Below the pieces are notes generated by a model, which was given only the letters and a program-made list of their open reading frames with translations, had not been told where the DNA came from and ran no database searches. Source: Trichoplax adhaerens (taxonomy: Eukaryota > Animalia > Placozoa). Taken from it: a stretch of 64,000 nt of DNA. Shown piece after piece: positions 1 through 13,460 of the stretch. The stretch's first letter is position 1; each line of letters begins with the position of its first letter. The position numbers and the translations under genes were made by a program. The stretch is taken from the NCBI RefSeq assembly GCF_000150275.1, contig NW_002060945.1:7879684-7943683 (forward strand), written 5' to 3'.

Positions 1-111
1 TACGAATATAGAAACAACAATAAGTCACGGAGCAGCGATGCGAATTCGATATAGAGTTATCACTTGTACTGTATTTGATGTACTTTAAATGCTAAAATTT
101 GATGAACAGAA

Positions 112-1104
112 TTAAAGGCACCACTTAGTAATTCGATTCTCAATTGCATTTCGTTTCTTCTGACTGAGATTTTTGCAAAATACATCTAAAACTGCCTTAC
201 GAAAATCTTTGCTCAAACAATTGTACATTATTGGATTATAAATACTAGATAGCAAATAAACCATTTGAGCTATTTGAGAAAAGAAATACAAATTTACATC
301 GGTAAAAGGTAATTTTTTTCCAAATCTATTACCAAAAGCAATGATGAAAAAATTGACTGCTAACGGTAATGTAGAAACCATGTAGAGTACGGTAATAATA
401 AAACAATTCCGGGCGACACGATGATTTCGTTTTTGATAAAGGATTTTGGCATCATTTGATTGCTCACCTGGCATCGTACTATTTATTGCATACCTGCCAA
501 TATATGTATATATTATACCCATCGTAATTAACGGTATCACGTACAAAACCAATGCAAGGATGGTAAAATAGATGGAATTAAAGATGCCTCCAATTTTAGG
601 GATGAAACATTTATTTTCAAACTTTCCAACTACAGCAGTTGTATAAATCTGAGGCAGGCCAATAAATGTACTTATAGACCATATGACGAAAATAATAATC
701 TTCAGTTTATGCATGCTTAAATGATGCTTTAACGGCCTCTTGATCGAGCTATACCTTTCAATACTTAGAGCTATTAGGGTGTTATTGGATGCTGAATAGG
801 ATACAAACATAGTTATCGCACTAACTTTACAACAAACTTCGGAAATAGCACTTAGATCTTGAGACACTGTATGGATCCAAATTATCAGCCAAGCTTTGTC
901 CATACTTGAATTAGCGACCAACATATCGGTTAAGGCTAAGTTTGAGATTAAATAATGCGTAGCATTATGTAGTTTTTTTGTTTTCCATATCACGATAATA
1001 ACTAAACAATTACTGATAAAGCCCAATCCGCTGATAGTCATTAAAATTACAGATTGGAAAATCCACTGATTGTCGGTTATATTTTTGGCAATACTGGTAT
1101 TCAT
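112..1104 (-). CDS. Intronless class A (rhodopsin-like) GPCR, orphan/peptide-receptor-like, 330 aa
   Basis: The ORF track begins at a TTG (1131); the first ATG is at 1104 (MNTSIAKNITD, N-glycosylation sequons). Seven hydrophobic segments with GFISN (TM1), NLALTD (TM2), Cys at top of TM3, ERY, W4.50 (IWSIS), ECL2 Cys, YVIP (TM5), NPIMY and helix-8 SKDFR. Confidence 0.93.
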   Translation of the reverse strand: MNTSIAKNITDNQWIFQSVILMTISGLGFISNCLVIIVIWKTKKLHNATHYLISNLALTDMLVANSSMDKAWLIIWIHTVSQDLSAISEVCCKVSAITMFVSYSASNNTLIALSIERYSSIKRPLKHHLSMHKLKIIIFVIWSISTFIGLPQIYTTAVVGKFENKCFIPKIGGIFNSIYFTILALVLYVIPLITMGIIYTYIGRYAINSTMPGEQSNDAKILYQKRNHRVARNCFIITVLYMVSTLPLAVNFFIIAFGNRFGKKLPFTDVNLYFFSQIAQMVYLLSSIYNPIMYNCLSKDFRKAVLDVFCKNLSQKKRNAIENRITKWCL

Positions 1105-1732
1105 TTTGTGATGAAACTTATAGAATATCAATATAGACTAGTAAAGATAGCGTTAACCTCTTGTTTATTGATAATAACAGTGAATATATTGACGTACTGG
1201 CTATCAAAGAATATCCAACTGGTTTATAATGGCAATGATATTATCTATCTATATAATTACTCTATAAGCTAATGGATGACAATGTTAAATAAAACCTACT
1301 CGCTTAGGTCAATGAATATATGTCTACACTTCAATGTGGCAATATTACCAATCAAATGGATACGATGTGTCTTGCGTAAAATATTTTCATTGCCGAAATA
1401 GGAAATTCACAGCAGTAAAGCAATTGGCCTTAATCTCACTCTGTCACCGCTGAGCGAAAAACTATACCAAATAACCAATGTAGTTATTTCGCTTGGCATA
1501 GAGAAATCACACGTGTAAACTCGACATCTACCATTACAGCCGAAAAGAGCAGAATTCACAAGATAGAAAATCAGAATAGCTTAAATTCGCCAAGCAGTTG
1601 TTCTGTTATTCCTTAATTGGTATAATTTTTATGAACTTAACGGCAAGGATATCATCCGAAAAGACTTTTAAACAGAGATTTATAGATGTTATTGATCTTA
1701 GCTATAGTCTACCTTTTTAGTGAATGTTCAGT

Positions 1733-1757
1733 TTAATTAATTAATTAATTAATTAAT
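1733..1757. repeat. (TTAA)n microsatellite, about 6 units
   Basis: ttaattaattaattaattaattaat read directly. Confidence 0.85.
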
Positions 1758-4700
1758 CATGTGTCAATTAGCAGTAAATTGTTACTAGTGGAGACCTAAT
1801 CTTACTCAAATAGCGAAATATAATTCATCTTGATTCGTACAAACTAAGTTATGCACGATATTCATTAGTATGATATTTAGAGGATATTTATGGTTAACTT
1901 CACTCGAAACTCTTCGGATGTACTCAGTTAATACTAGAAATAGAAAACGGCTTAATAAAACATTTTTATCTTTATATTAGTAGTAAATTAACGATTCAGT
2001 TAATCGATTAATTTTTTATCATTTTATCATGGATAATTGTGAATCAATGATTTTAGCCATTTGCTTTCACACCAGAGAATATTTTGCAGCATCGCAGTAT
2101 CTCAAGTATAGAATAATGTTTCATGAGTCAATTACAGTATAACGGACATCAAATCTCTCTATTTTTCAGTAATAAGCTACCTTAAAAATAACTTGAAGAA
2201 AAGATTATCGGCTTTCTGAAAAGAGCACTTCATTACGTAGCTTGATTCATTAACTAATCCCATTAGGAACGACCAAACTATGGATATCTTCTACAAATTA
2301 GCAATAAGGAATTTTGCTGCTTGACGTATAAAAACTTACCTATCTTACAATCATACCATGAGTATTAACTTAATGTACCGTATTTAAATTGTTTCATGCT
2401 TTTTTAATTGTCAAAGCCTTACAGTGGACGATAATTATTCTTAGGATACAGCTTCTAGAATTTACATTAAGTCCACAGGGTCAACTACAGGATAGCCAAA
2501 TCGTAAATTTTATGCCATTGACGGACAATTATTAGAGAAACTATGAGAGAATAGTTCAATAATAATTAGTTGCTTAATCAGCCTTCTTAATCAGCGATCA
2601 TTATCAGTTGTCTTACGGCTATAAATAGACTCAGGGGGAAGATATGGATTAAAAGTATCTCGAGATATACAGTATGAGTTGTCAAAATATTTTACAATAG
2701 AGCCTTTTGGCCGATTGCATCCTATCCCGTACTAGAATTTTATCAATTTTGGCACTGAGGTCGGCTATCGATATTAAGCATGTAAATCTCAAATGAAAAG
2801 TAATAAAAGAATTACAATTTATATACCATAAGCGCTATGTTTTCAATAGCTCAGTTCATAAAATTAAAACGGATATTTAAGGATATAGCATCACACGATG
2901 AGCCAATGTTTTATAATAAATTTATATAAGCGACTCCTTCAGCTACCCCTTAACCTATTCAGTATGGACAATATTCATTCTTACTAAATCAAAATATGCT
3001 ATTGATATTATACTTTCTACAAATAATTCAGTAAATTACACCCAAACTACAATACTGGATAAGATCGGTATGAAGCTGATAAAATGTCATCGCGTACTGG
3101 TGCATAGCGTAATAACTTTACAGCGAAGAAGATTAAAAGTGAATTATTGCTACAGTTAATTGTAAGTTTCTCAAAATGTCTTTGTTGCATATCAAACTGT
3201 TCTGAGTATATACGAGTATACGTAGTAGTGTTTACAAAAGTCATAATTCAGATCAGCTAAGTTGCATATGGATTATGTACTATATATGCTGCTGATGCTA
3301 ATTGTTCATAAGTATGGATGTCGTGATCTATTATCTCGGTCATTAGGGTAGTTACTATCAATTGAGATTGAAGTCAATAATACATTCTTGAATTATAATT
3401 AATAATTAACCTAGCCTTTGTCATTTTTATGAATAGTCTAGCTAAAATTTATCGTTTTTTTTCATGAATTTATTAATAAAGAAGAAACGATTGAATAAAA
3501 TTGTGCCTATTAAACACGGAGAGATAAAGATTTCAAACATTGACACTTTCGACTGAGAACTTTAAATTGCTTTGAGAGAATTACTTCAGTTTGTATACCG
3601 GTATTTATTCAGGAAAATGCAATATGAATCAGCAGAAGGACAATATGCTTACGATGATACACTATTGTACAAAATTTGGCAGCATTAGAGCTCAATTTTG
3701 TATAACAGTGTTATCGATAAGTTAAATCCTTTATATTTTCTTTTTCATCTACAGGTATAATGTATAAGCATACTTATAGCTAAAATATCATCATTACTGG
3801 TAGGATATCTGATAAATTGAATGGAAAAAGAAATAGACAAAGTCAGTTATTATTAGGCAGAAGTTGGACAAATAGATATTACTAAATAAAGAAATTTTTA
3901 CGTTGCTATGGAAATAAAAATTTAGATCATTAATAAAGGAAGTTCATTAGCTGAATAAATGTTACTAAATTTTATCATCATATAGTTGCAAGACGATATA
4001 AGATTAATAGTATTTTCAGTAGTAATTATGGATCCAATACATCCTTAAGGGACAATTATAATACAATATTGATTATAATCTTAAGAATAAAACAATTTAA
4101 CTTTGACGTCATAAAAATCGATCATTATTACCGAAACTTGACAATGTTTTCAATTGATCTAGAAAGCCATTCACAATTTGCACCGTAAAACCCAAGTCAT
4201 ATGCAACTTCAGTTGACGCAGTAAAACAAGATCACCGATTGCTCCTCTTGCTATCTGAAATAAAAATTATCTCAAATAGTCAAATGTTTGTTTATTATAG
4301 TATGTTTATACCCCCAAAATATCATCAGTTCAATCGATCGGTGCTGCAACGATTCTCATAACAACAACCTACTAAAGTTACGGGTGACTTACGCGTATAT
4401 ACAAACTTAAAATTTAACGTCTACTCATAAGAGAGCAGTGTACTATTAAGTTACTGGTATTAGCCTTGCGGATGATGTAATAGAAATAATCACCTACTTT
4501 ATTGAGTGAGCTCTAAAGTCTAATGATGTTTCGTTCTACAATATAATATAGCAAACAACTAAGCTAATTATTTGTATAGATAAAGTACCGATCTATCTGC
4601 ACCGAATAATTTCTTTAATTAATACTGAGTGCCGGTATATACTCATGGGCATAAGAATCATCACTATTTTACTGTAGCTACTTAAACATCAGAAATTCAA

Positions 4701-7008
4701 TGGTATGGATTATGTAGCATTATTACAGATTTACAATTACTGATTAACACTTTAACTGGTAAAAATTAATATATTAGATAATAATTAATCTAAATGTGTT
4801 ATCGGTAGCAAAGTTGGTAGTATTAATTGCCGTACTTTGAATCTTAATTTGATATTACATAAATGATCGTCTGGTGTAAAATGTTATCGGGTGTATTCTT
4901 GTAGTTACGGAAAGTTTATTTTCAAATACTGGAATATTTCTTGCTAAATCGAACATAATTTAATCATTACTATAGTTAGGTTATGTGTTCGAGTGGATTG
5001 AAAAACGTAAATTGCTGGTATACTTACACATACTAGTTTACAAAATGAAAAAGATATAGTAATACCATAATTTTATTACCAAGGATTTTATGGCTCGTAC
5101 ACTCCTCCCGAAATCTTATTTACTTTTCAAAATTTTATCGTACTGTTCGTTCTTTTAGTTCGCTTTCATCAGATATCTTTTACAGATAAAAATTAAAGTC
5201 TCTAGCACTGTAAACACATTATTTTGCTATCTAGGTCAACCGCGGTATTTTATTTTCAAATTGATCTATAAGATTGAAAAATATCATTTAAAATTGACCA
5301 AATAAAATATGCTTCGGACACTCATATTAGATACAGATAATAATCAAATATCATAATAATTGTAAGTAATTGCTTCTGATTAGAATTTGCCTGAATCGAT
5401 GTTTTCCATTACTGTATTTATTATCAGGCTGTTTTTCAGTTGAAGTGATATTTTTGGGTATCATCTCAAAATTTTTAGTTACCGATCGTTGGATCATTTG
5501 TTACCTCAGACATTTCCTTATTAGCTAAATACTGCTATTATCCTTAACTTATAACAGTACAAGACTCTCTAACTCACCAAAATTTCAAGACAATAAAGCC
5601 TATCATACAGCAGTCACTATAATTGCACGAGGATACAGCCACAATTAATTTAATTAGTTATACCCAATTAGTTCCATCCTCAGCATTCTAGTATTGTATT
5701 TACTAGTTACCATATCAGGACATAAGTCTCTCGATTTCAGTCATTAAATTCATTGCGAGCCGTGCTAGATTGTAAATAATGATTTAAAAGTGTTATCTTG
5801 GAGATAATCCAAGTCTGAATTGATAGACTCGAAAGACGAACTTATCTAAGATTTAAAGAGAAACTCTATTCTAGAATTACCTTCTGCTATCAAATAAGTA
5901 AGTATAGTATTAGCTTTTTTTAATTTCTTAACGTAGGTTGTTAATAAGAAAGAAGTCATTCAAAATATTAAGTTTAATAAAATGAAATCAAAATTTGCTT
6001 CCATTTAATGTTACTCAAGTCTCTAGGAGATGAGACCACAACCATTTGTATCTGAACTTGAATGTCGGATTGTATTTTCGACCATGTCCATTTCAACTTT
6101 GTCCTTCTTATTATAGGTTGATTCTAAAAATAACATAAAATGAAAAGGATTCTATTCCAACAATAGTCTCTCTACTATTGTGTTGAAAGTAATAAAATAG
6201 CATTACCACCCAGTTGAATAAGTAAATTTACAACAATAACACCCTGCCTTGAAGATTATTTATCTAAATTAGCCAATAATCAAGTAGAAGTAGTCTCACT
6301 CTGTTATTATCAGTAAAAATAATACTAACATTGATCTTAGATTGTTATTATTTGCATCATCATCTTTAGCTATCAAGTAAAAACAACGATCATCCTACTC
6401 AATGCAGTGCCCAAATGATGGAAATTCGACGGATAAAATAATAAATCGAATATCCATTAATGAAAGAGCATCCTTTCCCCCTTTCTATAGTATCCTATCG
6501 ATGATGCACAGAGCCGCGTTATTTATTCAAGATATTCTCGAACCCACAGATAAATTGTATTGACTAACTCAATCCCACTTTCACTCTATTCATTGAATGA
6601 TACAACGCAGTCTTACCAACTACTGATCCATTGTTGTGATTCAAATTGATCAGAAATAAAACAAGGCAACAACAACGTCCAATTTACTATTTCATCATTG
6701 GCTAACATTTCTATGGACTATAGATAGACGCCGATAGACAGGATCTATTTTTTCCACTCCTTTGACAAAAAAAACTTGGAGCAGTGACACCAAGACAAAA
6801 AGATTAAATTAAATATATCAACCTCAAATACAATCAACTAGTATTAGTATAATAGAGGCAGATATTACCCACTTTACCCTCAAGTTATTAACAAGAACAA
6901 CTTTTCATTTCCAAATCGATTCTAAACTCCTACCTGATCCAAATTTTATTCAGCTTGAAAATTAATTTTTTAATTATTAGCCACTCTTATTAACGAAATT
7001 CAAACTTA

Positions 7009-10000
7009 ATGATGGCGATTAATATCAAGTTGGTTATGATACTTGTTACAATTTGGGCTGCAATTGCTTTACCCACCGTATTTTTTATAACCCAGCCTAA
7101 AATTCCATCTAAATTACGGTAAGTTAAAAAATCAATCGATAGGATTGCCATTTTCTATCCAATCGCTTTCATATCGCTTCTCTTTAATGATTACACTGTT
7201 TGTCTGTGCTTTCTCCATCAATTTGTTTTTTTCTAACATCCAATACAAGAATACTTGGATATTTCTTCGAATCGATACACTCATAATGATCAGATTATTA
7301 GTCCTACAAAGATAAAATGAAGAGCTGTGCAATATAATTTCTTGCTCATCAAGCTATTCTAATCATTTAAGTTAAGGATCAATGGACTGAACTTATCCAT
7401 TGAACTTTAGATGGCATGTGTTAGCCGGCAAACGCTAAAATGATTATGCCATCGTGTCATTGTCAGAAGGACATTATCGAGTAAAACTTCTCCTTATTCT
7501 TTCACGGACTTGGATTTTAGTCTTGACTAGTTGTAGCTATTTTGCAGTATCTATTTTATCCATGGATAAATGTTCTATTTCCAATCGTAAGATTTTCTTT
7601 CTTTATAATATGATCGATCAACATAAATATTAGAACATCGAATGACCCACCATCAAGAATATCAGTATGTACTAAACATACCTACATATTTTCGATAACT
7701 CCGTCATATCGATGTTACTATTATTATGTTTTAAACTTGTTAGTGATGCCCTCTAAATCGAACTAGACTCAATATAGTTAGTAAATTTATACATGTAAAA
7801 AGTATGAGCTGCTCTGTCAACATTTGTACGGTGATATTCGAAGACTCTAATTCAATACGTATAACGCACTACCTATGTTAGTAAATGACGGTAACTTTGT
7901 TCTTCATGCACATGTTAGATTCTCTCTGACACGATTGAAAAGATTTTCAATGGCGATAGCAGATCTTGTTCATAATTAATTTACTTTATGAAGATACCAT
8001 CGATCTTAGGGATATTTTAATATAAATTTTCCCTTTCTTAGTTTGGTTAAAGCCAATACAGCAATTCCTTGTGAATTGTTGCCATCTTGACGATTCTGTC
8101 CTGATCAATGAGACGATTGAAGATCTTATTCTGGACTGTGTCTGTAATAAAAGGGGTAAAATGACATTGAATTGATCCTTTCATAAATTGAGAATGACAG
8201 CATAAACGATATTCAAACATTAAAATGGACGATTCATGTTAATAACGAGAGTCAAGCTTGCAGTACTGATTTGATTAAAAATCATAATTGTAGTCTGTAA
8301 AGAATCTTTACAGCTTATGCTTTTATTTTATTGATATTACTGACATTACTGGACCTATCCAAGAAACGAATGAAGGCCATAACTCGCATACGTAGATGTT
8401 TCAGTGTCCACTTCAAGTCTATTTGTTGATCAAGAAAATGGTATCTTCACCAATTAATCGAATAGTTGATGATCAAAGATGAATTTATCAATTAATTATC
8501 CAAGAAACGGTCACAATGGTTAAATGGATTGACCAAACTATACTTCGTCTAAAGCTATTAGTATGATTAAATTAGCCAATAACTAAACAATAGTATGAAT
8601 TTAAATACCTAGAACAAACTGAGTAGTAGAAGAAGAATGATAGTTGGCTTAATTGAAGCAAGTATTGGCGCAATTCGGTTCTAATGTGAATACTAAGCTA
8701 TGAATAAAGTAGATTATTGATTAGTCTAATCCGAAATAGTGAAAATAGTTGGAAGTACTAGCGTTAAAGTACGATAAAGAAAACTGTCAATAAATCAAGA
8801 TGACAAAGGATAATCGAAGGGGTAATTTATCCTTACTAGTAGAGAATAAATAGAAGTGCTTCAAAAATTTCAAGATAATTTTATTTTAATAACAGAAAGG
8901 TATTGAATGAGATCGTGCAATCTCAAATGCTACAGTTGTAATGAGCTCTAATAGCAGTCAATCATATATAGAAGGGAAAAAAATTCATTACCTATTGTAT
9001 GATTTACTAGACAGTGGTATAAACTTTGCATTAAATTTTTGAAAGCAAGACATTTCATTTCTGGTCGAAAAATTTTCAAAGTCCATTTTCTCCATCCGTG
9101 TGACATGAAAATAATGAACTGCATGAGCAAGGGTTTCTGTTTAATGTGTTTAGTCATTAGATAAGAACGGAAAAAGTTGCCATTTTAGAACTTTATTCTA
9201 TACCGTATAGACTATGAAAATGGCCTAATAGTAGACAATGAACTGCGGCAGTTCCTGAAGTTTAGAATCGAAAACATAAGGTCACAAAGAATTCAAAAAA
9301 TGATTACTGGCATTAAGTTATTAAATGTTAGAATAAAAGCCTATAAAATGCCTATCGTAATTAGATAGAAGATTAATAAATTTGTTTCTTTAATTTAAAA
9401 CTACGATACTATTCAACATATTAATACAATTCATAGCCAAGATCGGCAGATATCATTTATGATCTCAATTGTTATGGAAGGCTAGAATAAAATATCAGAA
9501 AAAGGCACAAAAATCAGTATTGTAAAGGAAAGCATTTATCCAAGAAATAATTTCAGTTGAGTCTATAATATCAATTGGATAATTCAACTATGAATCGATT
9601 CTAATTTCAAGCTTGAAAAATCGTTTATAAAGGATAACTAACTTTTAAAATATTTCACGAGAAATGGGCATGTAAGAAAGAGAAAAGTAAGAACAACCGG
9701 TTTAGGGCGATATAACAAGAAAATAAAGAAATAAAAAAAAATAAGAACTTTTAGTGAAAGTGTAAGAGTCCGTAAAAAGATGTTAATTAAACATTTCAAA
9801 ATAATGTTATAAGAATCTAATATTTAAAAATTCCACTACGTTGGTAGGAATACTTGGGACGATATTTTCGCAGAGTCATTGAAAAAACTCTTCAAAATTT
9901 TAAAAACGATTTTGAAACTGAAACTATTTTCTTAGTCAAGATCGCAAAAGTTTTCTAAAGTCAGTCCAATTGCTTTATATCGATATCTAATGCATCCTAC

Positions 10001-13000
10001 ACATTTTTAAGTGTCGTTATTTAGATCAGCTACAATTTTGGGCAGGGTTAGATAATTGTAATATAATTTACTAAAAATAAACTACCAGACTAGTAGTATT
10101 CAGTCTCCAACCTTGCATATGTATCCCAAAAGACAAGAATTTAATATCTCTTTGTATAAAGTTGGATACTCCAGAAATCTTAAAGAAAATATGGCCAATA
10201 GTTCATGACTGTTAATGATATGATACAGTAGAAATCTAATTTTAAGAAGCATACCAACGCCACTTGCTCCAAGATGGATTATCACCTAAAGAGACCTATC
10301 TCAACGAAATAATTTGGCAATATACTGCTACTACGATACTTAAATCAGTCGATTGTAACAAAATATTTGAGGGACCCATACAATTCTCCATTCATTTATT
10401 AAACATCTAATAAAGGTAAATTAAAACTGCCAGTTTTCAATAAACACTTCAGATAATATAATTCATAAGATACCAAGGACAACTTTACCATATTCATAAG
10501 AACTTAGAGTATAATCAATATCGATCAATTATAGGCGATAGGCTAGTGATATCATAGACCTTAAATTATAACCTTGGCCATCCAGAAGCCAGTGCTTCTG
10601 CTATCACTTAAATTTATACTATCTCATACCCATTTTCAAAGGTCCATACATTAGTAGTTATGCTCTGTACATACATCAAACTATATTCTTTTAAATTATA
10701 GTAGCAAAATGATCAATCTGACTGCAATTCATCGATTTCTCTCTTAGGTATAGAACTTGCCCGCCTAATAATGCTTCTAACTTCACGGAAGAGGAGATAC
10801 CTAAACCAAATATAGTAATTGACCTTACCACCCACATTAACTCCAGTGCCTGTAAGTAAAATATGAAGGTTGTACTCGTATTATAGATTTATTCTACTTT
10901 TCAAGACACGGTATATGATAATTAATGAGTAATAGCAGTTACTGTACCCGTAGAAAATGATCAGTTTTAGAGTTTAGAATTTGGTTATGATAGTAATTTT
11001 AGTTCGATATTCATGCTATTAGCATATATTATACGTCAATTTATAATATTAATTTTCCTTTTATGACTTGATCATACAGCGGTTATTACAGTATGTAATA
11101 ATCCATTAATTAAGGATAGTCAATATAACACTTGTCGTGCACCTTGTACTTGGTCAGAAGGAATGGATTCAGTCCAAAGAACTAAAGATGTCATCGTTGG
11201 AATATTTTCAATCGTATCCATAGTCATTGGTATATTTGCAATTTTAGTCCGAGCGACAGATGCTAAATCGTAAGTAACCTATAATGCATTCTTTTACCGT
11301 TTCTGATAACCTTGTGATTTTTAACAATCATTTTAATTTCAGATATAAAATTCCAAATGTAATCATAATGTATGCCATATTAGCTATGATTGGATTCGGT
11401 AAGAAATTCTTATTGTTTAAAAATTAATTGCAGTAATATTTAAATCACATAAAATAAATTGCAACATTTTAGATAGAAAATAGAGTAAAGTGATGATAAT
11501 CTAAATATATTTACTCCATAATCTCTGGTAGATTAGAAGTGATCATAGCTTTATAGCCTACGAGACGCAATTGATTATCCGAGTACTATTAGCGATAAGA
11601 TTTCTATGCTTCTATCATCTACCAGGTGTAACTTTGTTATTACCAGTGGCTGTCGGTAAGGAAAGATTCTTTTGCGAATATCCATTTTATAAACCATTGT
11701 ATGGGATCGATAGCGGCTGGTGTACCATACAAGGTATAAAAATAAATAGTTGAATAATTCATTTACCAACGGAGCTTTTAGAATTCTGGCATAATATTCG
11801 TTATGTAATTACCCAATCAATTAATACCTACGATGTATCATTTTGTTGATAAAGTACAAGACATAATTGTAAGCGTTACGTAATTTCACTACGATAAATT
11901 TGGATCATTCTCAATGTAATAGAAAGTGTTACTAATCTACTAGCGTTGGATAAGCAGTCAGTAACGAAATTCTGTCTTATCTCTGGTACCTAGATTAATT
12001 AGATGATATTCTTCGTCTATACAAAATAGCTCATTCTTCTAATAGTTCATAACCTAAACCTTTCTTTATGAAAATCATGGTCATAAAATTCAACTTTAGT
12101 GATAGCCCAATTATTTTCGTGATAGTATCTACGGGTATTCACGTTATCGTGCTATATCATCGTTAGTATTTTAAATTTCTATAGAAAGATCGCTTAGTAA
12201 AACGATCTCAATAGCTAAAAATTATCTCCAATTAGACCTTGCATAACTCTTTAGACCATAGGATACCATTTCAATAGCGCTTATGCTCATGTTATCCTTT
12301 ATATCAGACACTAATCATATTTTGAAATAAGGTTTATCTAATTTATCTGTCATTTATTATTATATAATTATCCGCTTTTCTTGTAGGAGTATTTGGTCAT
12401 TTCTTTTATTTAGCATTACATCTATATTGGATGTATTACATCATGAACGGCTACTTGATAATAGCGGATGATAAACAAATGGAGTATAGGAGTCGACTAC
12501 ATGCAGCTCAGTTTGCGTCTGGGATCTTTATTCCATTTGGATGTTTATTTATTTGCCTGCTACATCCAAGCCTCTATCATACCCGTTCAACGCATGCAAT
12601 ATTGTGTACACCATTTAATAAGGATTTATTTTATTTTACATACTTATTGCCACATCAACTTAGCCTGGGCTGCAGTGTTACATTCACAATGCTTATCATC
12701 CGGCTACTTTACCAGGTTAACTAATTACTGTTAATCTATTAGTGAGATTTTATAAGTGTGCCCTTATCTTTAACCATGATGTAGCAATATGTACTTTTAT
12801 AGATACAAAAAAAGGGTAGTTAAAATGCACTTAAGCATTTGCAGAAACTTAGTTTAAGTATAATTTAATACGCAGCAATCTAAATTTGCTTATTTCTTAT
12901 TATAGAATCAGAAAAATTATGATATGTCCCCGGAAGTTGGTAGTAATTCTAGAGCTAATAGTCCGGCTAAAGAAGACAAATCAATCGCAAATAAGCTGCC

Positions 13001-13460
13001 TAAACATTTTATGCCATTCATCTGCTATTATTTAGCTATAAGCATTATGGGAATGGTGGTATTAACTATGGATCAATCAAATAGCGCCAATTATCAATAT
13101 GGCCTATTTCAATATTTTACGTGTCTAAAGACTTGCCAAAGTAAATTATGTACTAAATTCCGTGATATAAGTGCCTCGATGGAAGGGATTTTGACTCTTG
13201 TAAAAAGTGTCTATTACAGTTTATTAGTGAGCTCGACCATTTTATTTATCATTCCTACTAAAGAATTTAGCAATTGTTACATCATATTCAAACATAGAAT
13301 CACATGCCAAGAAATAGAAACTGAAGATGGCACATTGGCTAACAGGGCGAAAGCTAATAGTAGTATCTCCAATGTTGATCAAAATTGTAGCAAAAATAGT
13401 CAGGCTGAGCCTCGAAATTCATCCACTCAAGTTCACATAAAAGCATCAGTTATGATCTAA
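7009..13460 (+). CDS. Smoothened/Frizzled-like (class F-like) 7TM receptor apparently lacking the CRD, about 483 aa, 7 exons
   Basis: Exons 7009-7118, 10748-10851, 11080-11269, 11343-11398, 11626-11733, 12387-12715, 12906-13460. All introns are GT-AG and phases are consistent (1452 nt). Signal-peptide-like start MMAINIKLVMILVTIWAAIA; linker CNNPLIKDSQYNTCRAPC (class F C-x2-PL...C-x3-C); after TM1 DAKSYKIPNVIIMY (cf. D..RYP..I); ECL1 ERFFC; TM3 WCTIQGVFGHFFYLALHLYW; ECL3 QYFTCLKTC..LC (cf. Smoothened DYVLC...C). Exons 3-7 are firm; the exon 1-2 join across a 3.6 kb intron is less certain. Confidence 0.75.

Noticed and set aside
1105-1131. N-terminal extension of GPCR 1 in the ORF track
   Set aside because: It starts at TTG, which is not a normal eukaryotic start; the first ATG is at 1104.
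6402-6563. 53-codon ATG ORF (MQCPNDGN...) upstream of the Smoothened-like gene
   Set aside because: No recognisable motif or linking splice site; the length is compatible with chance. It could be a uORF, but this is unsupported.
12468-12734. Overlapping 88-aa ORF
   Set aside because: Alternate frame of receptor exon 6.
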